The notes beneath the pieces were generated by a model. It was not told the origin of the DNA. It saw only the letters and a list, made by a program, of their open reading frames with translations, and did no database searches. A DNA stretch of 42,240 bases from an uncultured archaeon (GTDB lineage Archaea; Asgardarchaeota; Hermodarchaeia; Hermodarchaeales; Hermodarchaeaceae): contig CAYFXC010000006.1 of NCBI GenBank assembly GCA_964347045.1, positions 100,425 through 142,664 on the forward strand, in the 5' to 3' direction. The position numbers and the translations under genes are program-made. Shown one piece after another: positions 8,733 through 18,693 of the stretch (positions are counted from its first letter, which is position 1; each line of letters opens with the position of its first letter).

Positions 8733-11700
8733 TTAGAAATCGGCTTTCTTTTTTCGTTTTTCTAGCCTTGGTGATGTTTCATCTTCCTCAAGCTGTAAGC
8801 CTTTCATTCTGGCTATTAACTTCTTAATTGTTGCTTCCCTTTCCTCTGGTGTCATAATTATCAATTGCTGAACAAGTGCGTCTTTATCAGCATCACTGAT
8901 TACAGAGAATTGTTCAAGACCCTCACGAAGAACAGCAACGAGTGAAGCTTGTTCTGTTGGACTTAAACTGGTTTCCTTAGCGGCTTCTTTTTTAGTAGCT
9001 ACATCTTCGACTTCAGCGTCTCCAGTTTTTAGATAGTCAAAACGCCCTTCAGCCATTTGACGTTTCATATCTTCCATGAACCAAACTCGATCTTTGGCAG
9101 GAATCTTTTTCATTTGCTCGAATAGTTGAGCTTTTTCTTTTTTGCCTAAGCCTTTGAGTTGTTCCAGTTCGATCAAAATCACCTCATCTTCAGAACTTCT
9201 TTCATCAGGTAGGTCAGTTATGGGGATCACAATTGGCTGAATCGCTAAACTTGATGCCTCATAGGTTGGTGTCATAATTGTAGCTAATTGACTGTCACGG
9301 TCCTGAATTCGGCGTTGGTCACTCTTTGTTAACGATGGAGCATGTCCCCTATCAATCGATTTACTCATTTTTCGCATTTTTCGAACAATCCACGGAATCG
9401 AATACACTCTTACATATGCTAGCCAAACGAGTAAAATAATGATTAAAATAACTCCAATAACAGCGCCGGCTTGAATGGCAATTCGTGTCACAGGGTTTAG
9501 GCTCACGATTAGCGTGGCAGAACTTTGGGTTGAAGCATATTTTGGTGCGGCCGAAGATTCGATAGTTATTGAAAATGTTCCTTCGACCAAAGTGGATAAT
9601 CCAGCAAGAGTATAGGTTCCATCCTCATTATTCACCATTGGTCGGAAATCAAGGCCAAGACTGGGAATTGTTACGTAAAGAGTAGCAGCAGTGATAGCAA
9701 TGTTGTGATAGGTATCTGTGAAAGTCACATGAAGTGTGAAGGATTCACCAGTAAAGATGGTAATTGTCTCTTGAAGCCCAGTTATTTCGGTGGGTACAGG
9801 TATCACATTCAATTGAAGGAAAGGAGCATTGGTGGTTTCAAAATTCTGCCGTGTTAGCGTGATTGTAATTCCGTAAAGTCCGGGGGTTACATCAGTGAGA
9901 TTTATACGAGCTACATATAATCCATTGGCATATTGAAGCACACCGCTCCCTAGTTCCCAAGTATATGAGCCGGTTGCATTAAGAATTACATTACCATCAT
10001 CATCAGTGAAATTTAAAGAAATCCATAAGATATCTCCTCGGGGAACATCCCATGCTGTTCCGTTGAGTGAGATGATTATTCCCGCCTCTTCTAGTTCGGT
10101 TAGAATTTCATCGATAGCCAATGTGGTTCGACGTGGTTGTATGTTTAACCCAATTGATGTCATTGCATATTGATAGCCTTCGTGATCACAGGTAAGAGTT
10201 AGTTGATAGACACCAACAGCGAAGATATCACTTGGGAGAGAGACATTGTACCAGCCAGCAACTCCCGCGGGTTGTAGAAATCCTGTTAGATTACCCCAGA
10301 TGTATTGAATATTCGCTCCATTAATTGGTTGTAAATTATTGTCATAAAATTCCACTAGCACAGTGAAGTTATTTCCCCATTCTACCAAAATGACAGGCGT
10401 GTCGGATTCGAGATATGCTGGCATGACAATTAAGGATACAGAGATAGTTCGCAGTTGTTCTATTACATTTGGATGACTAGCGGTGATATAGATGGTATAT
10501 TGCCCAGCATCCAATCCAGAGGAGTTAATGTTAATCTGGAAGGCATAACCACTGATATAAGCTAGTGTGCCATTACCACCTGCCCAATTGAAGTATACAG
10601 TTGCATTGGGAAGACTTGCCCCATATACAGTACTGAAATTCGCCGAAATTAAGAAAGGATCTCCTGCCACCACAGGTGACAATGGTCCTTCTACTATAAG
10701 GACTGAATCAATTGGCAAGATATTGAGCATGATGATACCAACATTGGTTTGATAATTAGGTAAGTTACTTGCCTCAATTGTAACTAGATAAGTGCCTACG
10801 CTTTGATTGGCAAGAAATGTAGTGTTGTAAATTCCATTTCCAACAAAGGTGAGATTTGTGGGATTCAGTCCGGCCCAATAATATGTTACTTGCGTGTTAT
10901 TCATTAAACGACCATATTCATCTGAAACGCGAACGGAGATATTAACTCCGGTCTGATATTCTGCGATCCATGGAGATTTTGATAACACTTCTACATAGAG
11001 GGGTAGGGGATTTATTGTGAATTGAATTTGTTGTTCGCTTGTGTCATAGTAAGAGGCAGAGAATCGAAGAGTGAAGTTTGCTAGACCAACATCTTCAGTT
11101 GAACTGTTAATCTGAAGTAGGTAGGTTCCATCAGGGTAAAGTTGAACAATAGACCACGAAACCCAGCTTAGCCAAATAGTAACAAATCCTCCTGATAATA
11201 CGATGGCATTGTCAATATCACGGTATGTCGCATTAAGATAAAGGAAATCACCCCAATACAGAAAACTTTCGAAATCCAGCTCTAGAGTTGTTTGGACTGA
11301 CCGGACATAGCAACTAATGGGTATCGAGTGGTTTTGATAATAGGGTCCAACATTAGGCCAAGTGACACTGATCAAAAATCGATACCAAACATTGACCGCA
11401 GGGAAATTATCGGTATAAATGGTAATGAGGTAACCATCGTAGCCATTGTTAAGCATTGTGATAGAGAAATTCAGGCTCAAGGCCGGGTGGGATGTACAAG
11501 ATAGGGCTATGTGAACATTACCAGTTATATTATGAATTGCATTTGTTGTTTCGCTGTCATTGTAAAAGATCGTAAAGATAAGATTCTCAAAATAAGGAAC
11601 AGGTTGTGGAGGTGAATACGAGACTTGTGTACTTCGACCTCGAAGAGTAAACTCAACTGAAACTTGCTGCGATTCATGATGAAGTCGGCTCAAACCAATT

Positions 11701-14700
11701 AGGACTGTGTAGGTACCAACATCGCGACTACTTGTATTCAATTCAACCAAGTAGGTACCATTTAAGAAATCGTAAATTGTGTAAAACCCCAGATCCCAAT
11801 TAGTGGAAATGATGGCGCCTGGAATGGTTCCGCTATGATCAGTATCAATGTAATCAATATGGATAGAGAGGTTAACACCCCACGCATGAGATGAGACATA
11901 TAATGGATCTGCGTTTACATCTGTTTGAACATCTCGTAATGTGATTCTTACTTGTACGGTTTGAGTTGTGTAGTGTGGCCAGTTGAGGACGATAATTGCG
12001 TTATGCTGTCCATTTCCTCGACATGTCGTATTGAACTCAATCAAGTAGGTTCCGTTGCCAAAGGACCATATTGAGTAAAAGCTCGCATTCCAATCGGTTG
12101 TGATTACAGCAGTGGGGATATACCCGTCATGATCAAGATCAAGATAATTGATACGAACGGTTACATTATCACCCCAGGGTTGTGATGGAAAAACTGTGCT
12201 ATCTGCTTCAAAGTCGGTTTGAACGTTGCGAAGAATAAGATCTACTTGGAGATTTTGACTTACATAATGGGCTAAGGAAAGAGAAATGTCAATTAGGTGA
12301 CTACCCACTTCTCGACATGTTGTGTTGACTTCAACGAGATAAGTGCCATTCCCTAAATCGTAGATAGTGTAAAATGTAGCATTCCAACCAATAATGAGAA
12401 TGGCTCCGGAGATGTACAAGTTATGATCTAAATCAATGAAATCAATTTTGATGGTTACATTATCTCCCCATGGATTTGACGGAATATACGCAGGATTCAC
12501 GGTGTAGCTGGTTTGGATGCTTCGGAGTGTAAGATCAATTTCAACAAGCTGGGTTACATAATGAATACGACTCAAGATGATTTGAATGATGTAAGAGCCT
12601 GTATCACGACATGTTGTATTAAGCGCAATAAGATAAGTACCATTACCAAGGTAATAGATGGTGTAATAGCTAACGTTCCAATCAATCGTTATTATTGCAT
12701 TTAGGACATAGTCGTTGTGATCTTGATCTAAATAATCGATACGAATAGTGACATTGTCTCCCCACGGATGCGACCAGATATGTGCGGGATCTACCGTGAT
12801 TTCTGTTATGATGTTTCGTAGGGTCAAATCAATTTCTATGTTTTGTGTTACGTAATGACTTCGACTGAGAGTAATTTGTATGATGTGATTTCCAATATTT
12901 CGACATGAGGTGTTGATTTCTAACAGATAAGTTCCATTTCCAAACCAATAGATTATGTAGAAACTTTCATTCCACGTTATATCAACTTCTGCAAATGGTA
13001 TATATTCTCCATGGTCTAAATCCAAGTAATCAACATAGATTGAAAGATTATCACCCCAGGGCTGGGAAGGGACGAATAAAGGATCTGCTTGGTAATTTGT
13101 TTGGATGCTTCGACTTACGAAACTTTGTAATGTCATAAATGTTTGATAATGATCTTTACCGGCATAGATATGTAGAGTATAACCTCCTTCAAACCGACTC
13201 TCTGTACGGATAGTAAGGATGTATGCACCATTGGATGTATTATAGACATAATTCCAATAGAACGCATCCCAATCACATGAAAATGTAGCACCGATAATAG
13301 AAGTAAACCCATTATCAGTATCATTAAATGTTAATGTAATTATTAGAGAATCTCCCCAAGGAACAGAGGTTCCGGGATCAACTGATGTAATGTAGAGAGC
13401 TGTTAATCTATCTCGAACTTGGAAGGATACAGACACATGAGCTGTATTATAATGATTCTTTGTGAAGGCGAAATTTAGTGTGAAACTTTGAGACCCAATG
13501 GCTACTTTGCTTGTGTTAAGAGTGAGAGTATAAGTTCCGTTGCCATAATCAATAATCCAGTAATCAACACCTTGAATATCATCAAGCCAATTGAAACTAA
13601 TTGAAGCACCATTGATTCCAATATAGCCATGGTCTGTATCACTGAATTGTAGAATTATTGTAACATTTTCTCCCCAAGGAACTGAACCAGACTCTGCGGA
13701 CCCTGAAGCATAGGTTTGAATGGGGCGAACCGTTATTTCGAAATATTGATTCTGGGTTGTATAATTAGCACGGAAAAAGTAGATAGTCACATCAAACGTC
13801 GTTTCCGTTATATTGCCCCAGAAAATGATTGCATAGGTTCCATTGAGGAAGTTTTGGATGGAATATTTGCCTGCTTCGTAGCCTTCGATAACAACAGTTG
13901 CGTCAGAAATCAAGGCGGAAATACCTGTAACAATGTCTGTGAAATTAAACAGAACCATAAAGTCATCGTCATATGGAATTTCCACTGTAGATCGTGGATA
14001 ATCTTTTGTCAGGCTGGTCACTCGCGATTCTATAATAATTCGTATTTTGATGGTTTGAGCGGCATGAGCGGTAAGAGTCGCATTAATGAAAAGATCAGTT
14101 TGCCCTAGGCCCAAAGTCGTCGTATTGAGAATATAGTAGTAGAAACCATCACTTGTTTCATTGAGTGAAGATAAAGTTGAGCCAATTAAAATTTGCACTG
14201 TAGCTCCAATAATTCCATTCGCTGTACTTTCATTGATATATCGAACAGTGATATTGAATAATTCATTCCAATAAACATGTGCTGTGTATACGTCAGTATC
14301 ATTTTCAAATTGTGTCCAACCATCACCGGTACCCGAAGGGGGATAATCAACCTGGGTTCGGACTGCGTCAAGGTTAGTGGCAAAGGATACAATTCTTATA
14401 ATAATTGTGAAGTTTTGCCATTCATATTCCCATTCATAGGACCCAATGACGCGCATAGTCATAACATATTTGACAGCTTCAACAGCGCCATACGATGGAT
14501 CGTACTTATAGAAAATTGTCGAATCAGCTCCATCGGGTATGAAACTGCCTGTTCCAATTAGGGTCCAACTTATACCGCCAATTGGATCTTCATAATACGT
14601 GTAATTTACTCTGACATTATCCTTCCATATTCCCGAATCATTTCGAACATACGCTACTAAATAAGGATCTGTGAAGCGCACTTGACTTGTATAACCTTGA

Positions 14701-16805
14701 TCCCGAGTTGTCTCAGCTGTATATTCATCAGGTCCAGTAAGTTGCGTAGGTTTAATCATCACATATTCTAAATCATTTACAAGGTTAATGGTGAAAGATA
14801 AGTGAGTGCCTTCATCAAAGGTTGCATTGACGAAGCCATAACGGAACAGTTCCACATAGATTTCAGCTGTCTGGCTTGGACTCATTAAATCTGTATCGAA
14901 AACAAGTGAATAGGCACCAAAACCATTTGCAACCATTGTTTCATATTGGACTTGGAGGTTTCGGTCAACATAACGAATGCGCGCTGACGCATCAGGGATG
15001 AAATTTAAGGTGTTATTGTTTTGCCAAGAAACATTAACTAAGACTGTATCACTCCAAATTACTCGTTTTTGAAATATTGGCGCAATTTCGGTTCCCTTAG
15101 TAGGAATAACCACTGAGAAGGTCCTTTGTCGCATACCACATTGAGTTTCGTTGTTATATGCCACTGTCGCAAGCCAAGTACTTCCTGCATCAGTTTCTTG
15201 GATGCTTGGAATTTGCCAAATTGAGCTTGTGAGGGTTTCGTTATTATCATAAAATGTTGGTGAAATGTCAGACTCCCATAAAGTCTGATTTGGATAAAAG
15301 AGGGATACATTTGCATTATTTCCGCTAGAGCCTATTGGTTGCAGAATCGCTTTAACCCGAATATAGTCTCCAGAAACAAAATAATCACCTGTACTAATGT
15401 TGGTCCAACCACTAACACCTGTTATGCTTTTTTGAAGGTATACTTGTTGGACATAATTGATGCTAGTGGCATAGATTGAAAAAGTCTGTCCGGATTGAGC
15501 GATTCCATCGTCTAGTTTTACAAACCGACTAGATGCATTATAACTGTAATCGCTAATTACATCCCCTGTAGCATTTTTTACTTGCGCTAGAGTCCACAAG
15601 GGTTCAAGGTTCAAGCCAAAGGAGTAGCCGACATGACCAGTTGGGGGCTGGTCAATGGGAACCGAATAGTTTACCTCCCATGTGGGATTGGAATCCACTG
15701 GTGCAGAAAAAAATGTTGTTCCTTGTGTTGTCGATTGATGTTTGATGTACATCGAATATGAATAGCTAAAACGGATATTGTGGGATGAACTGAATTGAAA
15801 GTTTTGAGTTTTATTCCAGCAATTTAGGAAAGGAGCTTCGTCACGATTAGCTGGATCTGCATAAATGGTTATGCTGCCAGTTTGACCACCTGTATCTGAA
15901 ATGGCCTCACCATTTAGGGTGAGTGCGACTTCACTAGGTTTACTGGGAGTATCAATAACATATCGAAAGTTATCAAAGAAGATGTGTCCATCAACAGAAC
16001 TTTGTTTACTTCCACCTTGTTTCATTACTGTAATCCGAAGAGTTACTGTACCATTAATTGGAGTTGTACTCATTGAGTGGTGGTCCCAACTTGTGGGGTG
16101 ATAGAGATCTGTTGTTTGCTGCCAACTAGCAATAATAGAGGCTTGATATTCAAGACTCACATTAACATATAACCAGTTTTGTTGAGTAATGTCACCTGAG
16201 AATTTGATATCAAATGAGAATAAGAGGGTCGAAGGAGAGAATGATGATGTGAAGTTGAATTCACTTTCTAGATACGCGATAGCCGTTGTTAACCTAGTCG
16301 CTCCGTAGCGTAGCGTAATGTCCATACAGTCTCCAGGAGTTCCTCCCGTGGCGTTCTCAATACTGGAGATGATTCGGTAAATATCATCATCATCCTTCCC
16401 ATCATTGCGGGTTAATGTCCAATTATGTAATTCAAGATCTAATTCGCTCCCATCAATTTGGAAAACTTCGTTGTACTTATCAAAATTACCGTTTGGAATT
16501 GGATTTTCTGTTCTTTCAAGATTTGAAATACTAGTGATAAGTTGATACCCTCGATATCCCGGGGGAAACCAACTGCCATTATAGGCGAAAGCTTGTTCAT
16601 TCACTCCGTCGTTGAAGGTGCTGCTGTCATTTCGTGCAAACTCGAAAACTGTAAGTGCCCCACCACTGCCTGTAAAAGGAGAATTGGAAGGTGAGCCACC
16701 TCGAACAGGAGCAATTGGATTTTGCGAACCAGGACCCAGAATTATTACGGCAAAAAATAAAACAGCTGTTAGCAAGCGTATTTTCATATTCCCCATATCT
16801 ATCAC
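8733..16805 (-). CDS. Giant (2690 aa) cell-surface glycoprotein: signal peptide, many Ig-like ~100-aa domains, one C-terminal TM helix, ~220-aa charged cytoplasmic tail
   Basis: Hydrophobic N-terminus 'MKIRLLTAVLFFAVIILG'; recurring 'WG..', 'DxD', 'GNGTY' motifs; abundant NxS/T sequons; TM 'AGAVIGVILIIILLVWLAYV'. Confidence 0.9.
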   Translation of the reverse strand: MIDMGNMKIRLLTAVLFFAVIILGPGSQNPIAPVRGGSPSNSPFTGSGGALTVFEFARNDSSTFNDGVNEQAFAYNGSWFPPGYRGYQLITSISNLERTENPIPNGNFDKYNEVFQIDGSELDLELHNWTLTRNDGKDDDDIYRIISSIENATGGTPGDCMDITLRYGATRLTTAIAYLESEFNFTSSFSPSTLLFSFDIKFSGDITQQNWLYVNVSLEYQASIIASWQQTTDLYHPTSWDHHSMSTTPINGTVTLRITVMKQGGSKQSSVDGHIFFDNFRYVIDTPSKPSEVALTLNGEAISDTGGQTGSITIYADPANRDEAPFLNCWNKTQNFQFSSSHNIRFSYSYSMYIKHQSTTQGTTFFSAPVDSNPTWEVNYSVPIDQPPTGHVGYSFGLNLEPLWTLAQVKNATGDVISDYSYNASSRFVKLDDGIAQSGQTFSIYATSINYVQQVYLQKSITGVSGWTNISTGDYFVSGDYIRVKAILQPIGSSGNNANVSLFYPNQTLWESDISPTFYDNNETLTSSIWQIPSIQETDAGSTWLATVAYNNETQCGMRQRTFSVVIPTKGTEIAPIFQKRVIWSDTVLVNVSWQNNNTLNFIPDASARIRYVDRNLQVQYETMVANGFGAYSLVFDTDLMSPSQTAEIYVELFRYGFVNATFDEGTHLSFTINLVNDLEYVMIKPTQLTGPDEYTAETTRDQGYTSQVRFTDPYLVAYVRNDSGIWKDNVRVNYTYYEDPIGGISWTLIGTGSFIPDGADSTIFYKYDPSYGAVEAVKYVMTMRVIGSYEWEYEWQNFTIIIRIVSFATNLDAVRTQVDYPPSGTGDGWTQFENDTDVYTAHVYWNELFNITVRYINESTANGIIGATVQILIGSTLSSLNETSDGFYYYILNTTTLGLGQTDLFINATLTAHAAQTIKIRIIIESRVTSLTKDYPRSTVEIPYDDDFMVLFNFTDIVTGISALISDATVVIEGYEAGKYSIQNFLNGTYAIIFWGNITETTFDVTIYFFRANYTTQNQYFEITVRPIQTYASGSAESGSVPWGENVTIILQFSDTDHGYIGINGASISFNWLDDIQGVDYWIIDYGNGTYTLTLNTSKVAIGSQSFTLNFAFTKNHYNTAHVSVSFQVRDRLTALYITSVDPGTSVPWGDSLIITLTFNDTDNGFTSIIGATFSCDWDAFYWNYVYNTSNGAYILTIRTESRFEGGYTLHIYAGKDHYQTFMTLQSFVSRSIQTNYQADPLFVPSQPWGDNLSIYVDYLDLDHGEYIPFAEVDITWNESFYIIYWFGNGTYLLEINTSCRNIGNHIIQITLSRSHYVTQNIEIDLTLRNIITEITVDPAHIWSHPWGDNVTIRIDYLDQDHNDYVLNAIITIDWNVSYYTIYYLGNGTYLIALNTTCRDTGSYIIQIILSRIHYVTQLVEIDLTLRSIQTSYTVNPAYIPSNPWGDNVTIKIDFIDLDHNLYISGAILIIGWNATFYTIYDLGNGTYLVEVNTTCREVGSHLIDISLSLAHYVSQNLQVDLILRNVQTDFEADSTVFPSQPWGDNVTVRINYLDLDHDGYIPTAVITTDWNASFYSIWSFGNGTYLIEFNTTCRGNGQHNAIIVLNWPHYTTQTVQVRITLRDVQTDVNADPLYVSSHAWGVNLSIHIDYIDTDHSGTIPGAIISTNWDLGFYTIYDFLNGTYLVELNTSSRDVGTYTVLIGLSRLHHESQQVSVEFTLRGRSTQVSYSPPQPVPYFENLIFTIFYNDSETTNAIHNITGNVHIALSCTSHPALSLNFSITMLNNGYDGYLITIYTDNFPAVNVWYRFLISVTWPNVGPYYQNHSIPISCYVRSVQTTLELDFESFLYWGDFLYLNATYRDIDNAIVLSGGFVTIWLSWVSWSIVQLYPDGTYLLQINSSTEDVGLANFTLRFSASYYDTSEQQIQFTINPLPLYVEVLSKSPWIAEYQTGVNISVRVSDEYGRLMNNTQVTYYWAGLNPTNLTFVGNGIYNTTFLANQSVGTYLVTIEASNLPNYQTNVGIIMLNILPIDSVLIVEGPLSPVVAGDPFLISANFSTVYGASLPNATVYFNWAGGNGTLAYISGYAFQININSSGLDAGQYTIYITASHPNVIEQLRTISVSLIVMPAYLESDTPVILVEWGNNFTVLVEFYDNNLQPINGANIQYIWGNLTGFLQPAGVAGWYNVSLPSDIFAVGVYQLTLTCDHEGYQYAMTSIGLNIQPRRTTLAIDEILTELEEAGIIISLNGTAWDVPRGDILWISLNFTDDDGNVILNATGSYTWELGSGVLQYANGLYVARINLTDVTPGLYGITITLTRQNFETTNAPFLQLNVIPVPTEITGLQETITIFTGESFTLHVTFTDTYHNIAITAATLYVTIPSLGLDFRPMVNNEDGTYTLAGLSTLVEGTFSITIESSAAPKYASTQSSATLIVSLNPVTRIAIQAGAVIGVILIIILLVWLAYVRVYSIPWIVRKMRKMSKSIDRGHAPSLTKSDQRRIQDRDSQLATIMTPTYEASSLAIQPIVIPITDLPDERSSEDEVILIELEQLKGLGKKEKAQLFEQMKKIPAKDRVWFMEDMKRQMAEGRFDYLKTGDAEVEDVATKKEAAKETSLSPTEQASLVAVLREGLEQFSVISDADKDALVQQLIIMTPEEREATIKKLIARMKGLQLEEDETSPRLEKRKKKADF
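11640..13109 (-). repeat. Five tandem 294-bp (98-aa) intragenic repeats
   Basis: Unit starts at 13109, 12815, 12521, 12227, 11933; consensus resembles 'xxQT...DP..x.SxPWGDNVTI.IDYLDxDH...W...FY.IY..GNGTYL.E.NTxCR..G...I.I.LS..HY.TQ...DLTLR'. Confidence 0.92.
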
Positions 16806-16972
16806 CGACTAAAGAGGAGCTGCTGTTATCACTCCCGCTGTGCAGCCGCTTCTTCTAGGCTTAGGAATGAAATTTAAATAGATTTTGTGAAATGTGCGCC
16901 TAAGGAAAATTCAACCATTTTTCCGAAACATGAAAGATAATTAAAGGATAGTTCAGGTCCAATGAAAGGATT

Positions 16973-17950
16973 ATGGCCATGATGAACCCTCGATATGACC
17001 TCATTATTGTCGGACATCTTACAATTGATTTAATTAAGTTTGAAAACCAAGAACGGAGTGCAATGGGTGGTCCACCTGCCTATGGTATGGTGGGCCCAGC
17101 AATAGGTCTGAAACAAGTAGGAATCGTATCACGAATTGGAAAAGAATTTCCACCGAAATATTATAACTCCTTGGCGGCTTCTGGGCTGAACCTTGATGGT
17201 TTACTCCTTAGTGAGGAAACAACTCAATTCATTAACATCTACAACAAAGAAGGGGATCGGACCCAATATGTAAGCACTATTTCAGGTCCGATATTGAGCT
17301 CTGATATTCCTAAACCGTATTGGAATACACAGTGGATGCACATCAGCCCAGTTTTGGGTGAAGTTGACTCTTCTCTCATAATAACAGCAAAAAAATATGG
17401 TGCAAAAGTGTCTGTTGACGCCCAAGGATTTGTTCGCAAACGATCAATACATGATCATGCTATTATTGGTTGTGATTGGTCTGATTTCTACAAGATTGTA
17501 TCTCATATTGATGTGCTTAAAGCAGATATCGATGAAATAACTCGTCTTGGAAAGCAGTCAACGTTCCAGGATGCAGCGAAATCAATTAACCAGAAGGGTT
17601 GTCCTCTCATTCTAATAACACAAGGACAGCGAGGTTCATTTCTTTACCAAGATTCTGAGATGGTTGAAATTCCAGCTATTCCTCCGGACAGGGTTGTGGA
17701 TCACACAGGAAGTGGTGATGTTTTCGCCATCAGCTTTCTCAGTGAGTATCAACGAAGCAAACGTCCTTTATGGTCAGCTTTTTTTGCTTCCTCAAGTGCA
17801 TCCTACAATGTTGAAACCCCTGGACCAACAAACTTTCCATCATATGATGCTGTTATTAATCGCCTTCGGGCATTCCTTTCCATCAAAGAGCACCGTCACT
17901 ATACAGAGCAGCTTTTGAATGAACCTGGACCAACCGAGTGCCCGTTATAA
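16973..17950 (+). CDS. PfkB/ribokinase family carbohydrate kinase
   Basis: 'VGHLTID', 'MGGPPAYG', 'ITQGQRGS', 'VVDHTGSGDVF' anion-hole motif. Confidence 0.9.
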   Translation: MAMMNPRYDLIIVGHLTIDLIKFENQERSAMGGPPAYGMVGPAIGLKQVGIVSRIGKEFPPKYYNSLAASGLNLDGLLLSEETTQFINIYNKEGDRTQYVSTISGPILSSDIPKPYWNTQWMHISPVLGEVDSSLIITAKKYGAKVSVDAQGFVRKRSIHDHAIIGCDWSDFYKIVSHIDVLKADIDEITRLGKQSTFQDAAKSINQKGCPLILITQGQRGSFLYQDSEMVEIPAIPPDRVVDHTGSGDVFAISFLSEYQRSKRPLWSAFFASSSASYNVETPGPTNFPSYDAVINRLRAFLSIKEHRHYTEQLLNEPGPTECPL

Positions 17951-17990
17951 TCGATTTTCTATTCTGATGTATGAGATAGTTGCGATGTCC

Positions 17991-18031
17991 GAAAAGTTTA
18001 TATCGAAATCCGATAGTATCGAAATCCGATA
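17991..18031 (+). promoter_or_regulatory. BRE/TATA overlapped by a tandem palindromic operator (probable PadR site)
   Basis: GAAAAGTTTATATC runs into two exact copies of TATCGAAATCCGATA (18001-18015, 18017-18031), each TATCG-N5-CGATA. Confidence 0.8.
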
Positions 18032-18066
18032 TTTCTATTAAAGACATAAATCGGAAGTTCACAATA

Positions 18067-18693
18067 TTGAAGCCAAAGATTAGTGAACAATCATCAGCGC
18101 ATAAAAGCAGCGTCAAATCATTAGGTAAAGGATACATGCGTGGCATAATTCTTGCAATGCTTGCAGAGCGTCCTCGTTACGGGTATGAGATTCTTCACGC
18201 TCTAGCTGAAGCCAGTGACGGTTGGCGACCTTCTCCTGGGACAATCTATCCGATTCTCCATGATTTTCACGCACAGGGATTGATAGCAAAAAAGGAAATA
18301 GAAAAGGAGGGGCGCCGTCGAATTGTCTATAAAATTGGTGCAAAGGGGAAAAAACATCTTGAACATGATGCGATTGAACACGTTCGCTTTGTTGCGATGA
18401 TGCGCAAAATTCTCGGAAAACACGGCGGTCCGCATGTCCTTGGTTCTCCAGCATTCAATGTGGATAAAGCCCTACGACGTTTAGAGCACCTAGATATACT
18501 CTTGAATGAAGCACCATTACTTCGTAGCGAAGTGGCTTCAAATCCTGAGCAAAGTGAGAATTTATTGAAACATCGCTTGCAATTACTTGAAAACCATGCA
18601 AGAAATGTCAAAAAAGCCATTCGACGAGTAAAGCAGAAAATTCAACACCTTATTGTAACAACATCAGACCCTAAATCAAAATCGGAGATGTGA
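18067..18693 (+). CDS. PadR family transcriptional regulator with C-terminal coiled coil
   Basis: 'ILAMLAERPRYGYEI', 'WRPSPGTIYPIL', 'RRIVYKI..KG'. Start TTG 18067 or ATG 18136; 17980 lies upstream of the promoter. Confidence 0.88.
   Translation: MKPKISEQSSAHKSSVKSLGKGYMRGIILAMLAERPRYGYEILHALAEASDGWRPSPGTIYPILHDFHAQGLIAKKEIEKEGRRRIVYKIGAKGKKHLEHDAIEHVRFVAMMRKILGKHGGPHVLGSPAFNVDKALRRLEHLDILLNEAPLLRSEVASNPEQSENLLKHRLQLLENHARNVKKAIRRVKQKIQHLIVTTSDPKSKSEM

Noticed and set aside
11640-13109. CRISPR array or DGR template/variable repeats
   Set aside because: The repeats are 294-bp in-frame coding units with general divergence, no spacers, no evident adenine-specific pattern and no reverse transcriptase in the window.
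17980-18066. N-terminal extension of PadR in the ORF track
   Set aside because: It overlaps the BRE/TATA and tandem operator; the apparent peptide merely translates the DNA repeat.
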